Origin: Actinomycetota bacterium
GTDB lineage: Bacteria > Actinomycetota > UBA4738 > HRBIN12
DNA length: 63,945 nt
Reading direction: 5' to 3'
NCBI GenBank assembly: GCA_046731295.1
Contig: JBKPKU010000081.1
Coordinates: forward strand, 1 to 63,945
In this document: one piece after another, positions 56,707 through 63,945 of the stretch
Numbering within the stretch: the stretch's first letter is position 1
Layout of the letters: each line of letters starts with the position of its first letter
Notes under the pieces: model-generated
Seen by the model: only the letters and a program-made list of their open reading frames with translations
Told to the model about the DNA's origin: nothing
The model's database searches: none
Made by a program: the position numbers and the translations under genes

Positions 56707-58197
56707 TCAGAGCAGGATCAGCCGCAGGTAGATGAACGCGGCCGGCGCCACGAACAGCAGCGAATCGATCCGGTCCATCACCCCGCCGTGACCGGGCAGG
56801 ATCCCGCCCATGTCCTTGATCCCCAGGTCGCGCTTGATCAGGGACTCGGCCAGGTCGCCGAGCGGCGCGAACAGTGCCACCACGACCGCCAGGCCCACCG
56901 AACGCCCCACGGTGTCGAGCAGCTCCACCAGCGGCGACACCACGCCGACGGCCACCGCCATCGTGACCAGGGTGGCGCCGATCGCGCCCTCCCATGACTT
57001 CTTGGGGCTGATGTTGGGGGCGAGCGGGCGGCTCCCCCATAGGTACCCCACGCCGAAGGCGGCGGTGTCGTAGACGAACGTGAGCCCGATGATCGACAGG
57101 GCCAGCCCCTCGCCGTCGGGAAGGTTCAGGACCGCGATCGCGTACGCGGCGAGCAGGGGGATGTACGCGATGCCGAGGACCGTGATCGCGATGTTCGAGA
57201 CCAGGTTGGCACGGTGCTGCGGCGGGACCGTCATGTACCACAGGAACGTCGCGAACAGGGACAGCGCCACGATCGCCAGCATCGCGTTCTCGCCCCGGTA
57301 GTAGCCCGCGCCCAGTACCAGGGCGCCCGAAACCAGGCCGAGCGCCGTGGCGGGCTGGTAGCGGCGCTTCTGCATCGCCAGGTAGAACTCGCCCTGGGCG
57401 AACAGCACCACGATCCCGGCGAAGATCGCGAACGCGCCCGGGCTGATCAGGATCGCCCCGACGGCCAGGCCCGCGAGCACGATGCCGGTGATGAACGCGG
57501 TCGGGAGGTCGCGTCCGGGGCCCGCGCGCTCGGGTTCGGCCCCCACCTCGATCGCGGTCGGCTCCTGCCAGCTCGGTCCGCCGAACCCCTCCTGGCCCAC
57601 CCGCACCGTCCTGGCGGTCTCGGGCTCGCCAGCGGCGGTTGCGTCCTCGTCGCCCAGCAATTCGGCGATCGCGACCTCCTCGGTCGGGTTCGGCGCCTCC
57701 GATTCGGGCTCGACGGCGACCTCGTCGCGCACGGACTCGGCGAAGTGGTCGGCCGCCGCCTCGACCGCCTCGATGTCGGGCGGCTCCTCGAAGGCGGGGG
57801 TTTCGTCGAGCTCGGCGACCTCGACGTCCTCGGACTCGTCGCCCGGGAGCTCGACGTACTCGGCGCCCGACCCGACCTCGTCCTCCTCCCGGTACTCCTC
57901 GGCCTCGAACAGGAACGCGTCGACCTCTCCTGCGTCCGCATCCTCGCCCTCGGCGTCGGCGGCCGCCGGCTCGGACTCCCCCAACGCGTCCCCGGTGCCC
58001 TCCTGGGGCGTGTCCCCAGGCGTCTCCGACGCGGGCTCCGGCTCCTCGAGCTCGGACTGCTCCTGCCGGGCAGCGGTCGCCTGAGACGTCGCCGGCTCGG
58101 AGGACTCCGGCCAATCGACGTCCTGGATCGGGGCGAAGAACTTGTCGAGGTCCTCGAAGAGGTCCTCGCCCTCGGTCTTCTCCTCGTCCTCCGGCAC
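56707..58197 (-). CDS. cdsA: Phosphatidate cytidylyltransferase with a ~225-aa acidic N-terminal extension
   Basis: C-terminal signature SLIKRDLGIKDMGGILPGHGGVMDRIDS and about 8 TM helices. The N-terminal part is Glu/Asp/Pro/Ala-rich with coding-like G/C third positions. GTG start 2 nt after the frr stop. Confidence 0.8.
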   Translation of the reverse strand: MPEDEEKTEGEDLFEDLDKFFAPIQDVDWPESSEPATSQATAARQEQSELEEPEPASETPGDTPQEGTGDALGESEPAAADAEGEDADAGEVDAFLFEAEEYREEDEVGSGAEYVELPGDESEDVEVAELDETPAFEEPPDIEAVEAAADHFAESVRDEVAVEPESEAPNPTEEVAIAELLGDEDATAAGEPETARTVRVGQEGFGGPSWQEPTAIEVGAEPERAGPGRDLPTAFITGIVLAGLAVGAILISPGAFAIFAGIVVLFAQGEFYLAMQKRRYQPATALGLVSGALVLGAGYYRGENAMLAIVALSLFATFLWYMTVPPQHRANLVSNIAITVLGIAYIPLLAAYAIAVLNLPDGEGLALSIIGLTFVYDTAAFGVGYLWGSRPLAPNISPKKSWEGAIGATLVTMAVAVGVVSPLVELLDTVGRSVGLAVVVALFAPLGDLAESLIKRDLGIKDMGGILPGHGGVMDRIDSLLFVAPAAFIYLRLILL

Positions 58198-58199
58198 GC

Positions 58200-58760
58200 T
58201 CAGATCTCCTTGAGCTCGGCGTCCTTGTGCGCCACGACCTCGTCGATATCGGCGATGTGCTTGTCGGTCAGCTTCTGCAGCTCCTTCTCGGAGCGTGCAA
58301 GGTCATCTTCCGAGATGGCGCCCTCTCTCTCAAGTTTCTCGAGCTCTTCCTTGGAATGCCGCCGGATGTTCCGAACGGCAACGCGCCCCTCCTCGCCACG
58401 GTGGTGGACAAGCTTGACGAGTTCCTTGCGCCGCTCCTCGGTCAGCGGAGGGAAGCCGAGCCGGATCACGCTTCCGTCGTTGCCGGGCGTGATGCCGAGG
58501 TCGCTGGACATGATCGCCTTCTCCATCGTGGAGATCGCGTTGCGGTCGTACGGGGTGATTACGAGCGTGCGGGGTTCGGGCACCGAGAACGACGCCAGCT
58601 GCTGGATCGGCACCGGCGTGCCGTAGTAGTCCACGACGATCCGCTGCAGCAGCGCGGGCGTCGCTCGTCCGGTGCGAACCCCGGCAAGCTCGTCCTTCAG
58701 GACGGCGATCGCCTTGTCCATCTTCTCGGCGGCCGCCGCGAGCGCGGTCTCGACGGTCAT
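58200..58760 (-). CDS. frr: Ribosome recycling factor
   Basis: ...[26 protein letters not shown]... ATGA overlap with the pyrH stop. Confidence 0.9.
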   Translation of the reverse strand: MTVETALAAAAEKMDKAIAVLKDELAGVRTGRATPALLQRIVVDYYGTPVPIQQLASFSVPEPRTLVITPYDRNAISTMEKAIMSSDLGITPGNDGSVIRLGFPPLTEERRKELVKLVHHRGEEGRVAVRNIRRHSKEELEKLEREGAISEDDLARSEKELQKLTDKHIADIDEVVAHKDAELKEI

Positions 58761-59506
58761 CGGGCGCCGCCGTGCACCAGCGTGCCGATCGGCTCCCCCG
58801 AGACGGCCTTGCGGATGTTCCCTTCCTGACGGAAGTCGAACACGATGATCGGCAGGCCGTTCTCCATACACAGGCTGATGGCCGTCGCGTCCATGACCGA
58901 GTAGCCCTCTCGCAGGACGTCGAGGTATTCGATCGTCTCGAATCGCTCAGCGGTCGGATCGACGTGCGGATCGGCGGTGTAGACGCCGTCCACCTTCGTG
59001 CCCTTCAGGATCGCCTGCGCGCCGATCTCGAGCGCGCGCTGTGCCGCGGTCGTGTCCGTCGAGAAGTACGGGGCGCCGATCCCGGCCGCGAACACCACGA
59101 CGCGCCCCTTCTCGATGTGCCGGACCGCCCGCAGCGGGATGTACGGCTCGGCGATCTGCGCCATGTGGATGGCCGTCTGCACGCGCGTGGGGACGTGGAT
59201 CTTCTCCAGCGCGTCCTGCAGCGCGAGCGCGTTCATCACGGTCGCGAGCATGCCCATGTAGTCGGCGCGCGACCGGTCGATCCCCGGAGCCTGGCGACCG
59301 CGGAAGATGTTGCCGCCGCCGACCACGACCGCGCACTGAACGCCGAGATCGACCACGTCGGCAAGCTCGCGTGCCAGCAGGCCCGTCGCCTCGGTCGAGA
59401 TGCCGTAGCCCGTCTCCGCGGGCGCGAAAGCATCCCCGGAGAGCTTCAGCAGCACGCGATGGAACAGCGGCCGGCCGGCCTCCTGCGCGTGGTTCCCCTC
59501 CGGCAT
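58757..59506 (-). CDS. pyrH: UMP kinase
   Basis: [11 protein letters not shown]..., [11 protein letters not shown]. Confidence 0.95.
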   Translation of the reverse strand: MPEGNHAQEAGRPLFHRVLLKLSGDAFAPAETGYGISTEATGLLARELADVVDLGVQCAVVVGGGNIFRGRQAPGIDRSRADYMGMLATVMNALALQDALEKIHVPTRVQTAIHMAQIAEPYIPLRAVRHIEKGRVVVFAAGIGAPYFSTDTTAAQRALEIGAQAILKGTKVDGVYTADPHVDPTAERFETIEYLDVLREGYSVMDATAISLCMENGLPIIVFDFRQEGNIRKAVSGEPIGTLVHGGAR

Positions 59507-59515
59507 GGGCTAACC

Positions 59516-60130
59516 CTACTCGGTCTCCTCGCCCACCCTGTACCGCACGAACCGGCGGACCACGAGCTTCTCGCCTACCTTGGCCGACAGCTCGTCCAGT
59601 AGTCCCTGGATCGTCCTCGAGTCGTCCTTCACGTACGGCTGCTCCAGCAGGACCGTCTCCTCGTAGAAGGCCCTGAGCTTGCCCTCGACGATGTTCGGGA
59701 TGACGTTGTCGGGCTTGCCGAGCTCACGCGCCTGCGCCTCGAAGATGCGCCGCTCGCCCTCGAGCACCTCGGCCGGGACCTCCTCGCGGGTGACGTACCT
59801 CGGCGCGGACGGGCTTGCGATGTGGAGCGCGAGGTCCTTGACCAGCTGCTTGAACTCATCGGTGTTGGCGACGAAGTCGGTCTCGCAGTTGACCTCGATG
59901 AGCACGCCGACGGTGTTGTTGAAGTGGACGTAGGCGTCCACCCGCCCCTGTCCGGTCGAGCGGCTCGCACGCTTGGCGAGCGACGCCTGTCCCCTGGTCT
60001 TGAGGATCTCCTCTGCCTTGGCCATGTCGCCGTCGGCCTCCTGCAGGGCCCGCTTGGCGTCCATCATGCCGGCGCCGGTTCGGTCCCGGAGCTCCTTCAC
60101 CTGCTTGGCACTGATCTCGGTCATCGTCAT
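59516..60130 (-). CDS. tsf: Elongation factor Ts
   Basis: [34 protein letters not shown]... Short (204-aa) form. ATGA overlap with the rpsB stop. Alternative ATG at 60124. Confidence 0.9.
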   Translation of the reverse strand: MTMTEISAKQVKELRDRTGAGMMDAKRALQEADGDMAKAEEILKTRGQASLAKRASRSTGQGRVDAYVHFNNTVGVLIEVNCETDFVANTDEFKQLVKDLALHIASPSAPRYVTREEVPAEVLEGERRIFEAQARELGKPDNVIPNIVEGKLRAFYEETVLLEQPYVKDDSRTIQGLLDELSAKVGEKLVVRRFVRYRVGEETE

Positions 60131-60960
60131 GTCGTCTCCACGGCGGGTTCGGTGTGTGTGGGTTCGGCGGCGGGCGTCTCGGCGGGAGCCTCGGACGCCG
60201 CCCGCGCGGGAGCCGTCACCGGCTCGGGCTCCGGTTCGATCTCTGGGCCCGTGGCTCGGGTGACCCGGGCCTCGCGGCCCGCCTGCGTCCCCTCGGCCAG
60301 CGCGTCGGCGATCAGCCGGGTCACCAACGAAACCGACCGGATCGCGTCGTCGTTGCCGGGGATCACGTAGTCGACCTCGTCGGGGTCGCAGTTGGTGTCG
60401 ACGATGGCGATGACGGGGACGCCGAGCTTGCGCGCCTCGTTGACCGCGATGTGCTCCTTCTTCGTGTCGATCACGAAGACGGCGTCGGGCAGCCGCTCGA
60501 GGCTCTGCATGCCGCCCAGGTTGCGCTCGAGCTTCTCCTTCTCGTGGCGAAGGCGGATCGCCTCGCGCTTGGGTAGGAAGTCGAACGCGCCGGTGCGCTC
60601 CATCTCCCGGAGCTCTCGCAGGCGGAGCAGCCTGCGGGACACGGTCTGAAAGTTCGTGAGCATCCCGCCCAGCCACCGCGTGGTGACGAACGGCATCCCG
60701 ACCCTGTTGGCGTGCTCGGCGATGACCTCCTGAGCTTGCTTCTTGGTGCCGACGAACAGGACGACCCCGCCGCGGCGCCCGAGGTCGCTCGCGAACGCGT
60801 AGGCCTCCTCGAGCCCGTTCAGGGTCTTCTCGAGGTCGATGATGTAGATCCCGGAGCGTTCCCCGTACAGGTACCGGCCCATCTTCGGGTTCCAGCGTCT
60901 GGTCTGGTGCCCGAAGTGCACCCCTGCCTCGAGGAGCTCCCGCCTGGTGACGACGGGCAT
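60127..60960 (-). CDS. rpsB: 30S ribosomal protein S2 with a Pro/Glu/Ala-rich C-terminal tail
   Basis: [27 protein letters not shown]... SD GGAAGGAGG upstream. The upstream part of ORF 60127..62172 is spurious. Confidence 0.95.
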   Translation of the reverse strand: MPVVTRRELLEAGVHFGHQTRRWNPKMGRYLYGERSGIYIIDLEKTLNGLEEAYAFASDLGRRGGVVLFVGTKKQAQEVIAEHANRVGMPFVTTRWLGGMLTNFQTVSRRLLRLRELREMERTGAFDFLPKREAIRLRHEKEKLERNLGGMQSLERLPDAVFVIDTKKEHIAVNEARKLGVPVIAIVDTNCDPDEVDYVIPGNDDAIRSVSLVTRLIADALAEGTQAGREARVTRATGPEIEPEPEPVTAPARAASEAPAETPAAEPTHTEPAVETT

Positions 60961-61151
60961 GGTGCGCCTCCTTCCGGTTGTCCCTCCGCCCGGTTCGGCC
61001 ACCGTCGGCCCGGTCCCCTCGGCGGGCGCGAGCGTCTCGCGTCCGACCTGGACCGGGACCCCGAACGAGATCCCCGGGCGTGTGTGCTCGGCGTCGAGAC
61101 GCCGGCGAACGCGCAGTTTACCAGCGCAGATGTCCCGCCCGGCCCGGACGG

Positions 61152-62129
61152 CTAGCGGCGCCCGCGCTGACGGGGGGCCGGCTGGCGTCGCTGGGTCTGT
61201 CGGCGCCGCACGGGCTCCTCGGGCACGGCCGGCTCCACGCCGATCCATCGGTACGCGAGCGCCGCCATGAACGCCAGGTGCAGGACGCTCGCGGCCGAGA
61301 TGAAGATCCAGCCGGAGAGCGTCGGGTTCGCGGTGATCTCGGACCCGCCGGGTGCCAGGCCGACCACCACCGGCAGCGCGATGAAGAAGTAGATCGCGCA
61401 GAACAGGACGTGGCGGCTCCCGGGCAGCATCGCCGCCCGGCCGGATCGACGGATCGACTCGACGACGGCGCGCTGCTGGCGTGCCGCCGCCGTCGGCGCG
61501 AACCCGAGGAAGAACAACCCGCCGACGAGCGCGCCGATCGCGGCCAGGAGCCCGATCCCCGGGCCGAGCACCGGGAAGATCACGTTGCTCGCCAGGATCA
61601 GCGAGAACGAGAGCAGGTTCACGGCCAGCACGGTCGGGATCGCCGAGACGCCCCTGAGCAGGCCCCATTTCGAGACACGGCCGTCCTCCAGCGTCTCCAC
61701 GATCATCCCCGCCAGCAGCCCGTAGAGAAGGCTGCGCACCAGCACCGCCACGCCGATGAAGACCAGGAAGCTCGGCCCGAGGCTCAGCAGGCTCTCGCCC
61801 GTCCCCAGGTCGAAGTACGTCGAGATCGGCGGGAGCGCGAGCACGTCGACCAGCAGCGACGGGCGTCCCTCGAAGCCCAGGGCCAGCAGCGCGAGCCAGG
61901 CCAGCAGCGGGACGACCACGGCGATCGCCAGCAGGATCGGTGAGGAGACGACCGCGAGCAGGCCGTTGCCGAGCGAGCGACCGATCGGCGGCATCGCCGA
62001 GGGCCCGCCCGACAGGAGCCCGGAGCCGAAAGGCCGGCGCTGCGGGGCCTCCTCTTCCACCTCGACGGTCTCGGGCTCGGCGGGCGCCGGCCGCGGCCGC
62101 TGCGGTCGCCTGCGCTTCTTGGTGGTCAC
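61152..62129 (-). CDS. Polytopic membrane protein of unknown function with Arg-rich termini
   Basis: Six to seven hydrophobic helices. GTG start in a GTGA overlap with the stop of the propeller gene. Confidence 0.55.
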   Translation of the reverse strand: MTTKKRRRPQRPRPAPAEPETVEVEEEAPQRRPFGSGLLSGGPSAMPPIGRSLGNGLLAVVSSPILLAIAVVVPLLAWLALLALGFEGRPSLLVDVLALPPISTYFDLGTGESLLSLGPSFLVFIGVAVLVRSLLYGLLAGMIVETLEDGRVSKWGLLRGVSAIPTVLAVNLLSFSLILASNVIFPVLGPGIGLLAAIGALVGGLFFLGFAPTAAARQQRAVVESIRRSGRAAMLPGSRHVLFCAIYFFIALPVVVGLAPGGSEITANPTLSGWIFISAASVLHLAFMAALAYRWIGVEPAVPEEPVRRRQTQRRQPAPRQRGRR

Positions 62130-63685
62130 CGGTCCTCCTCGTCTTCGTCGCCGTCGGACGCCTCGTGGTCATCCTCGTCCTCGGACGAGTCGTCCGGTTC
62201 GTCCTCGTCGAAGGCGTCCGCGACGTCCTCCTCGGCGGTCGCCTCCGCCGACGTGCCGAACCGCCGCCGAGCGAGCACGCCGAGAGCCAGCGCGATCCCG
62301 AACACCAAGCCGGCTGCGATCGCCCACCGGGACAAGGACGTGCCGGCCTCGAACTGTGTGGGCGACGGCTCGTCGAGCAGCGTCCCGTCCGGGTCGTGCT
62401 CGAAGGCGATCAGGCCCGCGTCCCGGCCGCCCTTGACCGCGATCACCGCGTCGCTCGCGAGCGCGATCGAGCCGATCAGCCCGGACGTGACGGGGCTGCG
62501 CCACACCAGGTGCCCCGACGAGACGTCGACGGCCACCATCCCTCCGTTGCCCAGACCCAGCAAAGCGTACGAGCCCGACACGACCGGGGCGCTCCGGAGC
62601 ACGGTCTCGTTCAGGTGGAAGCTCCATTGCCTCGTGCCGTCGGCGGCGTCCAGGCGATACAGGCCGCCCGCCACGTCGGCGGCGAACACGCTCTGTCCGT
62701 CGTAGGCGAGCGCGGTCGCGGGCGAGAAAACCGACAGGACGAGCGCGTTCCATTGCTCGTCGCCGTTCGAGGCGTCCAGCGCCCGGATGCGGCGGTCCGC
62801 CGAGCCCAGGAACAGCGATCCCCCACCCGCCGTCGGCGCCGAACCCGCGGTCGAGCTCACCTGCAGCGAGAGCGGGGACCAGGCCCGCTCGCCCGTCGTG
62901 GCGTCGAACCCCGCCACGACCACGCGCGGCGTGTCCGCGTCGCGGGCGACCACGTACGCGTTGCCGTCGGCGACGGCGACCGAGGTGTCCGCTCGACCGC
63001 CAACCTGCTCCCTCCAGGTGACGGTCCCGTCGTCCAGCGACAAGGCGTAGACCGTCCCGCTGTCGTCCCCCACGAACACGGCGCCGCCCTGGATCGTGAC
63101 CCCGCTTCGCGAGACGTCCTCGAGCGGCGTCCGCCACAGCTCCGTGCGGTCGCGCAGCCGGATGGCCACGACGGTCGAGTGGTTCTCCTCATCGTCTGCG
63201 GGGGAAGGGCTCGCGGAAGGCGATGAGGTCGTTCCCGATGGACTCGGGGAGGCGCTCGGGGACGCCGGGCCCGAGATCGCCACGGCCGGTCCCTCGACGT
63301 AGACCAGGACCCGTCGTCCGGCGGCGTCGGACGCGACCGCCGGGACCGACAGCGGGCCGCCGGCGCGCGGGATCTGCCACGCGACCTCGCCGCTGGCGAT
63401 GTCGACCCCGTACACGGCCTCCTCGCCGACCGTGATTGCGACGTTGCCCTCCACCACCGCGGCCGAGAGCGAGACGCCCGCCGGGGCGGGAAGCGTCCAC
63501 CGCACCCGGAACGGTGGCTGGGGACCGTCCGGTGCGTACCCATCGTGCTCGGGGTCGCCCTGGTACTGCGACCACGTCGTCTCCTCCTGCGCGGCCGCGG
63601 TCCCACCGAGCAGCGCTGCCGCGACCAGCGCGGCGACGCTTGCCGACACGAGCAGGGCGCGCTTCGGTCGGCGATGTGACGACAT
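62126..63685 (-). CDS. PQQ-like beta-propeller repeat protein with signal peptide, C-terminal TM anchor and poly-acidic tail
   Basis: Repeated motifs of the type G.VYALD...G...W ([70 protein letters not shown]). TM helix [19 protein letters not shown]. Tail [35 protein letters not shown]. Confidence 0.7.
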   Translation of the reverse strand: MSSHRRPKRALLVSASVAALVAAALLGGTAAAQEETTWSQYQGDPEHDGYAPDGPQPPFRVRWTLPAPAGVSLSAAVVEGNVAITVGEEAVYGVDIASGEVAWQIPRAGGPLSVPAVASDAAGRRVLVYVEGPAVAISGPASPSASPSPSGTTSSPSASPSPADDEENHSTVVAIRLRDRTELWRTPLEDVSRSGVTIQGGAVFVGDDSGTVYALSLDDGTVTWREQVGGRADTSVAVADGNAYVVARDADTPRVVVAGFDATTGERAWSPLSLQVSSTAGSAPTAGGGSLFLGSADRRIRALDASNGDEQWNALVLSVFSPATALAYDGQSVFAADVAGGLYRLDAADGTRQWSFHLNETVLRSAPVVSGSYALLGLGNGGMVAVDVSSGHLVWRSPVTSGLIGSIALASDAVIAVKGGRDAGLIAFEHDPDGTLLDEPSPTQFEAGTSLSRWAIAAGLVFGIALALGVLARRRFGTSAEATAEEDVADAFDEDEPDDSSEDEDDHEASDGDEDEEDR

Positions 63686-63769
63686 GCGGAACAGGTGAGC
63701 TCTCCTGGTCGGGGGCGGCACATCCTATCCGCGGCCGCCGGGTCCGACCCGGATCTGCGGCCTCCGACC

Positions 63770-63945
63770 TCAGGCGGCGAGCGGCACCAGGCGGATCAGG
63801 TCCTGCACGCCGAGCGACGCGAGGAAGGTCAGCGGATCCAGGTACTGGCCGTCGAGGCGGACGCCCAGGTGCAGGTGCGGCACGGCCGATCCCGGATGGC
63901 CCGTACCGGTCGCGCCGATGAGCTGCCCGACGGCCACCACGTCAC
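63770..63945 (-). CDS. M23-family metallopeptidase, C-terminal fragment (gene continues past the right edge)
   Basis: Minus-strand translation reads ...DVVAVGQLIGATGTGHPGSAVPHLHLGVRLDGQYLDPLTFL...*, containing the HxH motif of LytM/M23 domains. Confidence 0.7.
   Translation of the reverse strand, partial: DVVAVGQLIGATGTGHPGSAVPHLHLGVRLDGQYLDPLTFLASLGVQDLIRLVPLAA

Noticed and set aside
1-63945. Search for mobile elements, prophage remnants, toxin-antitoxin pairs, defence systems, tRNA, rRNA or other structured RNA genes
   Set aside because: No integrase, transposase, recombinase, restriction, Cas or toxin-like sequences in any credible frame. No cloverleaf-like or rRNA-like segments in the few intergenic regions longer than 100 nt. 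The window is essentially core chromosome.

Overview
Very GC-rich (about 70% by eye, third codon positions almost all G/C), gene-dense chromosomal segment of actinobacterial type. I call about 65 protein genes, most on the minus strand. Nearly all of it is core housekeeping in conserved order: nrdR; lexA with a divergent LysM gene; hflX-dapL-dapF-miaA-miaB; rny; recA-recX; thpR-cinA; ftsK-rnj-dapA; dapB-M16 peptidase-pnp-rpsO; ribF; truB-nrnA-rbfA-DUF503-infB-ylxR-nusA-rimP; proS; trpEG; ispG; a two-component system; rseP-dxr-cdsA-frr-pyrH-tsf-rpsB. I found no rRNA, tRNA, CRISPR array, transposase, integrase or recognisable defence or toxin module, and no convincing novel multi-gene system. 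The unusual items are smaller. (1) Two GCAACC-N4-GGTTGC palindromes, one extended to a perfect 30-bp palindrome, lie between an ArsR/SRPBCC operon and a stand-alone clpP. (2) A subtilase-like gene keeps only the Asp and His motifs, is fused to RTX-type calcium-binding repeats, and has its signal-like N-terminus in another frame. (3) A CapA-family gene is decayed: in-frame TAG, apparent internal deletion, probable terminal frameshift. (4) Several core proteins carry low-complexity extensions: an Arg/Asp-repeat tail on PNPase, a ~225-aa acidic N-terminus on CdsA, and an acidic tail on a PQQ-type propeller protein. (5) Small accessory clusters of secreted or lipoproteins have unknown function. 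Also present are LexA boxes at lexA and recA, two U-tract terminators, and pervasive 4-nt start/stop overlaps. The many long Arg/Pro/Gly-rich ORFs in the track that lie antisense to, or out of frame with, these genes are high-GC artefacts.
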